DNA from: Myxococcota bacterium
GTDB taxonomy: Bacteria; Myxococcota; XYA12-FULL-58-9; JALHOP01
Direction of reading: 5' to 3'
Assembly: GCA_041288095.1 (NCBI GenBank)
Contig: JBGGMJ010000001.1
Location: forward strand, 1 to 52,046
DNA length: 52,046 bases
Within the stretch, counting starts at the first letter, position 1, and each line of letters opens with the position of its first letter. Shown piece after piece: positions 1-9,200 of the stretch. A program made the position numbers and the translations under genes. The notes under the pieces were generated by a model. The model made no database searches, was not told where the DNA came from, and worked only from the letters and a program-made list of their open reading frames with translations.

Positions 1-882
1 CGCCTCACCGGCCGCGAACGGCACGCCGTCCTCGACGAGCTGCACGCCAACCCACGACCACTCGGTGGTCGGCGTGAACAAATCGTCCGGCGGCGCTTGG
101 CAAATCGGCGCGTCGGGCGGGAACTCGTCGGGCAAGCAGTACCCGGTCGCGGGATCGGGATCGAGCGTCAGCTCGCAGTACTCGCCGACCTCGCAGTCGA
201 GGAACGTCTGGCAAGTGTCGCCGCGCTGCACGCAGCGATCGAACACGCAGACATCATCGTCGTTGGGACCGGCGCCGCGAACATCACAGCAAACGGTGCC
301 GAAGGTTCCCGCTGCACCGTTGTTGCCGCAGAGCTGACCACCGCCCGTGAGCGAGCAGTCCTTGATGCAGGACACACCCTGGTCGCAGATGAACCCGTTC
401 GCCGAGTCGCAGCAGAGGGAGCCGTCGGTGCCGCAGCGATCGTCGTTGCTGCTCGGGCACGGGGGCTGGCACACGCGATCGTAGACGCACTCGGTGCCGC
501 CCAAGCAGCACTCGCGCGAGATGGTGCAGCGGGGCACCGCGCAGACGGGGACGCATCCACCCTCGACGCACTCTTGGCCACCGGGGCAAGGATCGGGATT
601 GAAGCCGCAACCACCGCCGCCACCATCGCCATCGAAGTCGCCGAAGCCATCGCCGAGGATACTGTCGCCGTCGAAGTCGCCGTTGTCGCCGCTGCCGTCA
701 CCATTGGTTCCGTCGCCGCCGTCCGCGTCGTCGTCAGTGGGATCGCGGTCGAATGGATCGAACTCGGTGATCGCATCGTCGGCGTTCAGATAGAGCTCGC
801 CGCCGCAGCCAGCTAATGGCGACAACGCGACGAGAGAGACGAGGAACACCGACCGAGGGCAACGGCCAAAAATGATGCGCAT
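1..882 (-). CDS. Cys-rich secreted lipoprotein, N-terminal part (3' end lies beyond the window start; absent from the ORF track)
   Basis: Manual translation from ATG at 882, preceded by AGGA: MRIIFGRCPRSVFLVSLVALSPLAGCGG (lipobox LAGC), an Asp/Gly-rich linker, then many Cys-rich modules (CPGGQECVEGGC, CCLGGTEC, CEVGEYC). The frame stays open to position 1. Confidence 0.85.
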   Translation of the reverse strand, partial: MRIIFGRCPRSVFLVSLVALSPLAGCGGELYLNADDAITEFDPFDRDPTDDDADGGDGTNGDGSGDNGDFDGDSILGDGFGDFDGDGGGGGCGFNPDPCPGGQECVEGGCVPVCAVPRCTISRECCLGGTECVYDRVCQPPCPSSNDDRCGTDGSLCCDSANGFICDQGVSCIKDCSLTGGGQLCGNNGAAGTFGTVCCDVRGAGPNDDDVCVFDRCVQRGDTCQTFLDCEVGEYCELTLDPDPATGYCLPDEFPPDAPICQAPPDDLFTPTTEWSWVGVQLVEDGVPFAAGEA

Positions 883-967
883 ACGATCCTTCAGAACCTA
901 GCCAACCGTAGAGTCAGCTAGAGCAGCTACGTGACGCCCGCACCCGGGTCGTGTCATAGCCTATTAC

Positions 968-1942
968 ATGCAGGCGCTCACGGAGCTCCAACATAACCAG
1001 CCTCACGCTGTGCCTGTCCTGGCCGCCGCCTTACGCAGCCAGCGTCTCCACCACGCCTATCTATTTACCTCGAGAGACGTGGGTTCCGCACGAAACCTGA
1101 TGCAGTCTTTTGCCGCGAGCCTGGTGTGTGCGCAGCGCCAGGGCGTCGATGCCTGCGGCGTCTGTGTGGCCTGCCGTAAGCTCGCGGAGGGCAATCACCC
1201 CGACGTCATCCGGCTGTTGCCCAACGATAAGGGCGTGATCCCGATTGACGCGGTGCGTGAGGTAACGGCGCGCCTGTCGCTCAAGGCCTCCGAGGCACCC
1301 ACCAAGGTGGTCCTGGTCGAGCGGGCCGAGCGCATGAACGAGGCCGCCCAGAACGCCCTCTTGAAGACTCTCGAGGAGCCGGCTGGGCCGACGTGTTTCC
1401 TCATCGCGACCTCACGCATCAAGGCGCTCGCCATCACCATCAGGTCACGGTGCCAGCACATTCGCTTGGCGACCCGCGCCGAGTCGACGGCGGTCGCCGA
1501 GCTGCGTGCCGCGCACCCCGACCTCGATGAGAAGCTCGCGCGTATCGCCGCCGCGCTCGCCTCGGGTGACACCGAGAGCGCCCAGGCGACGCTCGAAGGC
1601 GGGCTAGCCGAGCTCGACCAGCGCCTGAGCGAAGCGACCGGCGACACTTCGATGCGCGGGGCAATAGCCGCCGCGGCGGACCTCGGGTCGGAGCGTGAGA
1701 AGGCGGATCTCGCCCTCGCGCTCCTCGAGATCGCCGTGCGCGATGGGCTCGCCAAAGCCCACGGCGCGGGCGACAATCACGTCCTGGGGAAGCCACTCGA
1801 CGTGCCGTCGCGACGCCTCGCCAAGGCGGCGGCGGTGCTGACCGAGCTACGCAGCATGCAGAACCTCTACGTCAACCGCACTCTCGCTCTCGAAAGCGTG
1901 CTCTTGGCGCTGCGCGGCGACGTGCGCGGCCAGGCTTCGTGA
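968..1942 (+). CDS. holB: DNA polymerase III subunit delta'
   Basis: HAYLF, Zn-binding C...CGVCVAC, HPD, AQNALLKTLEEP and TIRSRC motifs; followed by a PSP1/yaaT gene as is typical. Confidence 0.95.
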   Translation: MQALTELQHNQPHAVPVLAAALRSQRLHHAYLFTSRDVGSARNLMQSFAASLVCAQRQGVDACGVCVACRKLAEGNHPDVIRLLPNDKGVIPIDAVREVTARLSLKASEAPTKVVLVERAERMNEAAQNALLKTLEEPAGPTCFLIATSRIKALAITIRSRCQHIRLATRAESTAVAELRAAHPDLDEKLARIAAALASGDTESAQATLEGGLAELDQRLSEATGDTSMRGAIAAAADLGSEREKADLALALLEIAVRDGLAKAHGAGDNHVLGKPLDVPSRRLAKAAAVLTELRSMQNLYVNRTLALESVLLALRGDVRGQAS

Positions 1943-2880
1943 GCGAGCAGAGGGTCTTCGTCCGCTTTCGCGTTCCAGGTGACGGAGCGATCTACCGCGC
2001 GGGGGAGCACGTCTTGCGACGCGGCGATCGGGTCATCGCCGAGACCGAGCGGGGGCTCTCGGTAGGTACGGTGCTCGCGGAGAGACCGGCGAGCGACGAC
2101 GCGGCGCGCCCGGTGACGCGGCTCATGACGGAAGCCGACGAGCGGCAAGCACGCACCAACATTATCCGCGAGCGTGAGGCGTTCACCTTCTGCGCCGAAG
2201 CCATCAAGCGGCACGGCCTCGCCATGAAGCTGGTGTCGGTCGAGGTCACGCACGCCGGGACACGCGCCATCTTCAATTTCTCGAGTGACGACCGCATCGA
2301 CTTTCGTGGGCTCGTGAAAGACCTCGCGCAGCGCTTCCAGACGCGCATCGAGATGCGGCAGATCGGCGTGCGCGATGCCGCCCGCCACACCGGTGGCGTC
2401 GGCGCCTGCGGCCGCGAGCTGTGCTGCTCGACCTGGCTCCCGGAGTTCCAACCGATCTCCGTGAAGATGGCCAAGGACCAGAACCTCACGGTGAACCAGG
2501 ACAAGCTCTCGGGCCTCTGCGGCCGCCTGCGCTGTTGTCTGCAATACGAGCAGAGCGCCTACGAAGCGCAGCGCGACGAGCTGCCGAAGCTCGGCAAACG
2601 CGTCGTCACGCCCCAAGGCGAGGGCCGAGTCAAAGACGTCAACGTCTTGAAGCGCTTGGTGCGCGTGCAGCTCGAGAGCGGCACCTACGTCGAGGTGCCC
2701 GCCGAGGCCATCACCAGGCCCGCCGATGTCATGGAGCAGATGGCCATGTCACAAAAGGCCGAGGCCGAACGAGCGGCGATCATCGCCGCCGGCGGTACTC
2801 CGCCAAAGCGGAAACGCCGCAAGAAGAAGAAACCCTCCGGCGAACCGGACGGCTCGGGACCTCAAGGACAGAGCGTATAG
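1939..2880 (+). CDS. yaaT: PSP1-domain Fe-S protein (YaaT/RicT family)
   Basis: RIDFRGLVKDLA..F.TRIEMRQIGVRD, GACGRELCC and LSGLCGRLRCCL motifs; GTGA overlap with the holB stop; basic C-terminal tail. Confidence 0.93.
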   Translation: MSEQRVFVRFRVPGDGAIYRAGEHVLRRGDRVIAETERGLSVGTVLAERPASDDAARPVTRLMTEADERQARTNIIREREAFTFCAEAIKRHGLAMKLVSVEVTHAGTRAIFNFSSDDRIDFRGLVKDLAQRFQTRIEMRQIGVRDAARHTGGVGACGRELCCSTWLPEFQPISVKMAKDQNLTVNQDKLSGLCGRLRCCLQYEQSAYEAQRDELPKLGKRVVTPQGEGRVKDVNVLKRLVRVQLESGTYVEVPAEAITRPADVMEQMAMSQKAEAERAAIIAAGGTPPKRKRRKKKKPSGEPDGSGPQGQSV

Positions 2881-4385
2881 TCCTGGTCGCAGCACTCGGG
2901 CCACGGCACGTAGCAGAGCGCGCCCGGTTCGCTGCTCGCTTGGTTGTAGCAGCGCCAGTAGAAATCCTCGCCGAAGAAGCAACAGCAGACACTGGAGCCG
3001 GGGTCGCCTCCAGGGGGGCCGCCGTCGTCGCCACCGATCGGTGGTAGCTCGGCGATGATCTGAGCGGACGTCGGCTTCATCTTGTGGTCGGCGTTCCAGA
3101 TCGGCGCGGCGTCGAAGAGCGCGTGCACCAGATCCGAGCCGTGAAGGTCGTTGCGGCCGGCGTCCTCATAGGCCTTGGCGATGACGTTCGTTACCTGCGG
3201 CGCCGCGAACGATGTGCCCGGCGGACACAGACCGGTCTCGGGGCAACAAGGACCGTCACCGTAGGCGTACATGGTGTCATCCATGCGCGTGGAGCGGTTG
3301 GTGAAGCTGCTCTTGCCGTAGGTCGACATCATCGACGTCGCGATGACGACGTTCTCGAAGGCGGTTGGGTAAAGCAGCCGCACGCGGTTGATCTCGTTCG
3401 TCATGTCGAGGCCCTCGTTGCCCGCGGAGATGACGATCACGAAGTCGTCGCCGACGACCGAACGGCCGGCGGTCGCCAAGGCCGCGATGCCGGACATCCA
3501 ATTCGTCCAGGCGCGGCGGTAGCAGGCCTCGGCGCACGTGGCCGTCAGCTTGGGTCCCATGCTGACGTTGATGACCGACTTGTGGCCGCGGAGATCCGCG
3601 CCGGCGAGCAAGCCGGCGATGGCCCACTGCACCTCGAGGAGCGATGTGTTGCCGCCAACCTCGGTTCCACCGTTCATCGCCGTGCCGAAGTCGACGTCGA
3701 CCGTGCAGGCGGGGCCACCCTCGATGTACTGGTCCGTGATCCCGAGCAGGCACGCGACCTGGGAGCCGTGGGACACGCAGGGCTCGGCGCGCGCTCGGTG
3801 ATTCTTGAAGAGGTCGACAGCCGCGACTTCGAGGTCGCCGCGCGTGCCCGCCGTGCACGGGTGCGGGCCAGCGAGCTGGTTGCCGGCGTCGAGCACGCCA
3901 GGTGGCGCACAGGTCGCATGCAGGTCGGCACCGACATCGGGATTCGGGAAGGCGACGCGCACCCAGCTCTGCGCCTGCAGGGCGTCGAGCGTGGCGCTCG
4001 TCTGCGCGGCAGCGGTGCCGATGAGATAGAAGCCGGTCGCCGGGAGCTTGGCGAGCACCTGGTAGCCGCCGGCGGCCGCCCAGGTGTAGACTGTTTCAGC
4101 GGACGTCCCGAGCTCCGCGTAGGCGACGATCTCGCCCGCTATGGCGGGCACCGTTACCGCGGCCGCGCCGGAAGGTGTGTAGGTGACGAGGGTCGACCCA
4201 CCGTGCGTCACCAAGGTTTGTTGGCCCACCAAGAGTGGCGGCGGCTCGTCGGTATCGCCGTCACCGTCGCCGGAGAAGTCATCTTCGTCGTGATCGTCGG
4301 CGCCGCCGTTGCTCCCTCCGCCTTTGCAGGCGGCCAGGAGACACGTCGCCATCAGAATTCCGCGTATTACGCGGGCGTGATGCAT
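2862..4385 (-). CDS. S8 (subtilisin-family) serine peptidase, lipoprotein with Cys-rich C-terminal tail
   Basis: ATG at 4385 after GGAG; lipobox LAAC; catalytic-type motifs VAAVD, SHGSQVA, NVSMG, SAGN and GTSFAAP. Confidence 0.85.
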   Translation of the reverse strand: MHHARVIRGILMATCLLAACKGGGSNGGADDHDEDDFSGDGDGDTDEPPPLLVGQQTLVTHGGSTLVTYTPSGAAAVTVPAIAGEIVAYAELGTSAETVYTWAAAGGYQVLAKLPATGFYLIGTAAAQTSATLDALQAQSWVRVAFPNPDVGADLHATCAPPGVLDAGNQLAGPHPCTAGTRGDLEVAAVDLFKNHRARAEPCVSHGSQVACLLGITDQYIEGGPACTVDVDFGTAMNGGTEVGGNTSLLEVQWAIAGLLAGADLRGHKSVINVSMGPKLTATCAEACYRRAWTNWMSGIAALATAGRSVVGDDFVIVISAGNEGLDMTNEINRVRLLYPTAFENVVIATSMMSTYGKSSFTNRSTRMDDTMYAYGDGPCCPETGLCPPGTSFAAPQVTNVIAKAYEDAGRNDLHGSDLVHALFDAAPIWNADHKMKPTSAQIIAELPPIGGDDGGPPGGDPGSSVCCCFFGEDFYWRCYNQASSEPGALCYVPWPECCDQDYTLCP

Positions 4386-4398
4386 GATGAGCTCCCGC

Positions 4399-5748
4399 CT
4401 AAAGGCCGGAAATGACGCCGCTGCGCCGCGCCTTCCGCTCGAGCTCGGTGAGCGCGGCATCGAAAGACGCGAAGCCATAGAGGGTAGCGCTCGACGCTCC
4501 ATCGTGTCCACTGCCGCGGAACTCGTCGCAGAGCAGGCGCGCGCGTGCGTCGTTGGAGCGCGCCACCACCACCGCGGAGCTTTGCTGTTGCACCACCAGC
4601 GCCGCGCACCCGTACGTGTGTTGGTAGGCCGCCAGCTCGCCCTTCAAGACCTGCATGAGATCGGACTCACCGAAGTTGGGCTCCTCGGCGCGCGCGGTGG
4701 AGAGGAGCTTCTGCCAGCTCGCGAGGTTGATGCTGAGCATCTTCATCCTGAGCGATTCGCCGAGGACGCGGCGCGTGATGACGCCGGTTTGGTAGTCGAT
4801 CGCGGCGCGCAGGCCTTTGGGCGTGTCGAAGCGAATCCGGGCGCCGAGGTCATCCATCGACGCGCCACTCTTGGTGGCGATGTACTTGAAGTACTGCGAC
4901 GTCGTCGCGTCGATGTTGCGTGTCCCCGCGGCGGTGTCGGTCCACATGCCCGCGAGCGCCGGCTCGTAGATCGACTTCAACAGGGCTTGGTCGATGGTCC
5001 TGCCCACGAGCAACTGCTCCGTGATAGCGCACACCTGGAGAGAAGCAGCGTCGTAGTGGTCGTGCCAGGTTTCCTCGGCGCGAAAGCGGCTGACGAGGTC
5101 ATCGCGCTGGCCGACCTTGTGGTGGTCGACGAGCGAAACGAAACGCGCCAAGCGCAGCAAGTCGCGAGCGCCGCCGATGCGCCCGCTGCTCGCGGCATCG
5201 AGGACGATCGCGACATCCCATCGCTTACCCGCGAGGTCCTCGGCGAGCTTGATCTCGCGGGGGGCCGTGAAGCGCCGGTGCGTGTGGCTGAGCTCGTGGT
5301 CGATGCAAACGTCGACGTCCTTGCCGAGTAGCTTGAGCGCCCGGGCCAAGGTGAGCGTGGCGCCGACAGTGTCGTGGTCGGGGAAGACGTGGCCAACCAG
5401 CAGGATGCGCTTGTTGTTGGTGTCGGACAGAAGCTTCATCAGGCCCGCGGGGGCCGGCATGCCGATCATGGGATTGATGGGCGGGAAGCTCGCGTCCGCC
5501 ATAGCGGCACGGAAATCGCGACGTGGCACCGCGCCTGAGGCGCTGTCCCACCCGGCACCGAGCTTGCGCGCGGCACCTTCACTGATGGTGTAGCCGGGAG
5601 CCGAGCGGACGACGACGTAGCCCGCCGAGTTCATCCTGGCTTGTTCGCTACGGCGGACCGAAGCGACGGCCGGCGCGGTGGCTGCGGGCGCACGCGGCAG
5701 CGCCTTCCCCAGGTCGTTCAAGGTCAGGATGCGCCGCGTTTCAGTCAT
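4399..5748 (-). CDS. DHH family phosphoesterase (NrnA-like) with about 110-aa N-terminal extension; start could be 5748-5760
   Basis: GHVFPDHDTVG, IVLD, LVDHH, GMWTDT and C-terminal GSGH (GGGH variant) motifs. Confidence 0.85.
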   Translation of the reverse strand: MTETRRILTLNDLGKALPRAPAATAPAVASVRRSEQARMNSAGYVVVRSAPGYTISEGAARKLGAGWDSASGAVPRRDFRAAMADASFPPINPMIGMPAPAGLMKLLSDTNNKRILLVGHVFPDHDTVGATLTLARALKLLGKDVDVCIDHELSHTHRRFTAPREIKLAEDLAGKRWDVAIVLDAASSGRIGGARDLLRLARFVSLVDHHKVGQRDDLVSRFRAEETWHDHYDAASLQVCAITEQLLVGRTIDQALLKSIYEPALAGMWTDTAAGTRNIDATTSQYFKYIATKSGASMDDLGARIRFDTPKGLRAAIDYQTGVITRRVLGESLRMKMLSINLASWQKLLSTARAEEPNFGESDLMQVLKGELAAYQHTYGCAALVVQQQSSAVVVARSNDARARLLCDEFRGSGHDGASSATLYGFASFDAALTELERKARRSGVISGL

Positions 5749-5758
5749 CGCCATCATC

Positions 5759-5784
5759 ATCGGCTCGGAAAGCCGTGAAGTTGC
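5759..5784 (-). promoter_or_regulatory. Candidate alternative-sigma promoter GCAAC-N15-GCCGAT upstream of the DHH gene
   Basis: Minus strand reads GCAAC ttcacggctttccga GCCGAT; ATG at 5748 lies 10 nt downstream. The motif recurs at four other intergenic sites. Confidence 0.6.
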
Positions 5785-5852
5785 CTGATTTTACTGGGTT
5801 TGACCCCGCGGGTTGCCGAACGGGCACCGGGGGAACTAGAAGGCATGCCGAC

Positions 5853-7934
5853 ATGACCTCCCGCACCCTCCTGACCGCCGCCCTGCCCTATGCCAACGGC
5901 AGCCTCCACTTGGGGCACCTCGTCGAATACTGCCAGGCGGACATGTACATCCGGGCCCTCAAGCGGCTCGGCCGCGACGCCCTCTATATCTGCGCCGACG
6001 ACACCCACGGCACGCCCATCGAGCTCAACGCGCAGCGTCAGGGCATCGAGCCCATCGCCCTGGTGACGCGCTACCACGAGGAGCACAAGCGCGATTTCGC
6101 CCGCTTCGACGTCGTCTTCGACAACTTCGGGCTCACGCACTCGGAGACCAACCGCAAGGTGGTCGAGGACATCTACGCGACGCTCGGCAAGAAGGGCTTG
6201 CTCGAAGACCGTGAGATGGACGGCATCTGGTGCGAGGTCGACAAGCGCTTCCTCCCCGACCGTTTCATTCGCGGTACCTGCCCTGTGTGCGCTTCAGCGG
6301 ACCAATACGGTGACGTCTGCGAGGTTTGCGGCTCGACGTACACGCCGCAGGAGCTCAAGGCGCCGCGCTGCGCTCTCTGCGGCACGACGCCGGTCGTGAA
6401 GAAGACGACCCATGTCTTCTTCAAGATCAGCCGCGAGGACATGGTCGCCTTCCTACGCAAGTGGATCGACTCCGGCACCTTGCAGTCCGACGTAGCGAAC
6501 TACGTGCGCAACTGGGTCGACGGCGGCTTGAAGGACTGGTGCATCACCCGCGACGGGCCGTACTTCGGCTTTTCGGTCCCGGACAAGCCGGGCAAGTTCT
6601 TCTACGTCTGGCTGGACGCGCCCATCGGCTACATCGCCTCGTCCGTCGAGTGGGGCGAGCGCCACGGCGTGTCGTTCGACGAGCTCTGGCGCGGCAACAA
6701 GACGCGCATCGAGCATCTCATCGGCAAGGACATCGTCTACTTCCACACGCTCTTCTGGCCGGCGGTGCTGCACGCCGCCGACCTCACCCTGCCCTCGAAG
6801 GTGCACGTGCACGGCATGCTCACCATCGACGGCGAGAAGATGTCGAAGAGCCGAGGCACCTTCATCAATGCCGCGACCTTCGCCGATCACGTCGATCCGC
6901 AGGCCCTTCGCTACTACTACGCCTGCAAATACGGCGCCGCGAGCGACGACCTCGACCTCTCGTTCGACGACTTCGTGCTGCGCGTCAATGGCGAGCTGGT
7001 CAACAAGCACGCCAATCTCTTCAGCCGCTGCACGCAGTTCCTGACGCAGAAGCTCGAGGGCAAGCTCGGTGACTTGCCCTTCGACGCCAAGGACGCACAG
7101 GCCGAGCCCACGGGCGACGGCTCGCTGCTCGATCAGGCGCGCCGAGTGGTCCAGGCGGCGCGTAAGACCGAGCAGTTCTTCGCGAACCGCGAGCTCGGCC
7201 AAGCCATGCGCGAGCTGTCCGCCATCGCGGATATCGGCAACGAGTACATGCAGTCGGCGAAGCCTTGGGATCAGCTCAAGTCCGACCCCGAGAAGGCGCG
7301 AGAGACCTGCACCTTCGCCGCCAACGTCTGCCACGCTCTGGCCATGTATCTCTGGCCGGTGGTGCCGCGCTTCTCCGAAGCCGGCGCGGCGCTTCTGGGC
7401 TCGAAGATCGATCGCATGAGCAGCGAGCTGCTCTTCGCCGAGCGCAAGCGCGCCATCGGTCCGCAACAGAGACTGTTCGAACGCATCGATAAAGCGCAAG
7501 TCGAGAGGGTCGTGGAGGCCTCGAAGGAATCACTGACGCCGAAGGAGACGCCGAAGAAAGGTCTCGCCGCGGTTGCCGCGACCAAGATCGAGGTCGCTCC
7601 TCTCAAAGCGACCATCGAATACGGCGACTTCGAAAAGCTCGACCTGCGCGTCGGTCTCGTCACCGCGGCCGAGCGCGTGCCGAAGAGCAAGAAGCTGCTC
7701 AAGCTCGTGGTGGACCTCGGCGAAGACAAGCCGCGACAGATCGTCGCCGGTCTCGGCGCGGTGTACGAGCCGGAGATGCTCGTCGCCACACGCGTCGTCG
7801 TCGTCGCCAATCTCGCGCCCGCCAAGCTCATGGGCATCGAGAGCCAAGGCATGGTGCTCGCCGGCGGCGAAGGTGAATCGTTGTCGGTGCTGCGCGTCGA
7901 CCGTGATCTGCCGCCGGGCAGCGGCGTTCGCTGA
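5853..7934 (+). CDS. metG: Methionine--tRNA ligase with C-terminal tRNA-binding OB domain
   Basis: TAALPYANGSLHLGH (HIGH), Zn knuckles, YVWLDAPIGY, KMSKS, and a C-terminal KLDLRVG...NLAPAKLMGIESQGM domain. Confidence 0.97.
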   Translation: MTSRTLLTAALPYANGSLHLGHLVEYCQADMYIRALKRLGRDALYICADDTHGTPIELNAQRQGIEPIALVTRYHEEHKRDFARFDVVFDNFGLTHSETNRKVVEDIYATLGKKGLLEDREMDGIWCEVDKRFLPDRFIRGTCPVCASADQYGDVCEVCGSTYTPQELKAPRCALCGTTPVVKKTTHVFFKISREDMVAFLRKWIDSGTLQSDVANYVRNWVDGGLKDWCITRDGPYFGFSVPDKPGKFFYVWLDAPIGYIASSVEWGERHGVSFDELWRGNKTRIEHLIGKDIVYFHTLFWPAVLHAADLTLPSKVHVHGMLTIDGEKMSKSRGTFINAATFADHVDPQALRYYYACKYGAASDDLDLSFDDFVLRVNGELVNKHANLFSRCTQFLTQKLEGKLGDLPFDAKDAQAEPTGDGSLLDQARRVVQAARKTEQFFANRELGQAMRELSAIADIGNEYMQSAKPWDQLKSDPEKARETCTFAANVCHALAMYLWPVVPRFSEAGAALLGSKIDRMSSELLFAERKRAIGPQQRLFERIDKAQVERVVEASKESLTPKETPKKGLAAVAATKIEVAPLKATIEYGDFEKLDLRVGLVTAAERVPKSKKLLKLVVDLGEDKPRQIVAGLGAVYEPEMLVATRVVVVANLAPAKLMGIESQGMVLAGGEGESLSVLRVDRDLPPGSGVR

Positions 7935-7939
7935 CCCGC

Positions 7940-8653
7940 ATGACCGAGCCGGTAACCATCGACTTCGACGGCGCCTCGCTCCCCGAGCTGGTGGCGCTGA
8001 TGCACAGCGAGCACGCGCAGGCGCGCGCCGACGCGGCCACGGCCATCGGTGATCGCTTGCGAACCCGCGAGCTCGACGTCATGCCGCCGGACATTCACGA
8101 GCTCATCGTCGACCTCCTCGGTGACCCGGTGCCGATCGTCCGCTTCGAAGCCGCGATGACGCTCGCCGAGGCGCACGACCAACGCGGCACGGATTTGCTC
8201 GTGGAAGCGGCGGCGCACCGCACCTTCCGCCTCGATGCCGTCCGCGCGCTTGGAGCAATGGGCGACCAGCGAGCCGCGCCGACGCTCGCCGCCATGATGG
8301 GGAAGCTCCTCATGCCCTGGGCAGACCGGCTGCAGGCCGCCGCCGCGCTCTGCGCGCTGCGTGATACGCGCGGCGCGGAGTATCTCGCGAAGAAGCTCAC
8401 GAGCCGCCGCAAGGCCGAGCGAGCCGCTGCGATTCACTTCATCGGCGAGTCGCGCCACCCGAGGGCGCGCGAGCTGCTCACGCCCATGGTCGACGACGCC
8501 AAGGAGCCGATGCGCGACGTCGCGGCGCGGGCGCTCGGCATCTTGGGCGACCCGGCCGCAACGCCGGTGCTCGAAGCGGCGCGTGCGGGCGCCGACGAGG
8601 CGCTGCGCGCCGACATCGACCAAGCGCTGGCGCAGCTCAAGGCGGCCTCATGA
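7940..8653 (+). CDS. HEAT/PBS-lyase-like repeat protein
   Basis: Repeated helical units of the form VR.xAA.ALG..GD..A; 5 bp after metG. Confidence 0.85.
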   Translation: MTEPVTIDFDGASLPELVALMHSEHAQARADAATAIGDRLRTRELDVMPPDIHELIVDLLGDPVPIVRFEAAMTLAEAHDQRGTDLLVEAAAHRTFRLDAVRALGAMGDQRAAPTLAAMMGKLLMPWADRLQAAAALCALRDTRGAEYLAKKLTSRRKAERAAAIHFIGESRHPRARELLTPMVDDAKEPMRDVAARALGILGDPAATPVLEAARAGADEALRADIDQALAQLKAAS

Positions 8654-9033
8654 CCTTCGCCGTTCACCACCTCGCCGTCGTCGTTCGCGACCTCCCGCGC
8701 GCTGAGCGCTTCTATGTGGGCCTCCTCGGGCTGCGCGTCAGCCAACGTTGGCAAGACGACGCCGGCGCGGCGCGCTCGTTCTGGTGCGAGCTCGAGCACG
8801 GGGCGTTCCTCGCCGTCGAGAAGGCGGCCGACAACTTGCCCGCCAAAGCAGACAAGACGGTTGGCTGGCATTGCTTGGCGCTCGGGATCACTCCCGACCA
8901 GCGCAAGCCGCTCGCCGAAAAGCTCCTGACCGCCGGACACCCAACGGTGCGCGAGACGGCGTACACGTTCTACGTGCGCGATCCGGACAACAACTTGGTC
9001 GGCTTCTCCACCTATCCTCAGAAGAGCGCGTAG
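8650..9033 (+). CDS. VOC/glyoxalase family protein
   Basis: VHHLAVVVRDL..AERFY..LLG and FYVRDPDNN motifs; ATGA overlap with the upstream gene. Confidence 0.9.
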   Translation: MTFAVHHLAVVVRDLPRAERFYVGLLGLRVSQRWQDDAGAARSFWCELEHGAFLAVEKAADNLPAKADKTVGWHCLALGITPDQRKPLAEKLLTAGHPTVRETAYTFYVRDPDNNLVGFSTYPQKSA

Positions 9034-9200
9034 ACGAACGGCGCCACGTAGGCGAGGCCGCCGGTGAGCACCAAGAGCAAGCCCGCGGCGAGCAGCACCA
9101 AGACGAGCGGAATGAGCACGAAGCTCTGCGAGCGCGCGAAGTGCCCTAGCACCTCGCGAATGGTCTGCAGGCGGTTGCCGAGTCGCCGGAGCCCGCTCAC
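9018..9200 (-). CDS. DUF5989-like small membrane protein
   Basis: 60 aa with a hydrophobic segment ending VAPFVYALF, the hallmark of the small proteins that follow NodU/SxtI-type carbamoyltransferases; GTGA overlap. Confidence 0.8.
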   Translation of the reverse strand: MSGLRRLGNRLQTIREVLGHFARSQSFVLIPLVLVLLAAGLLLVLTGGLAYVAPFVYALF

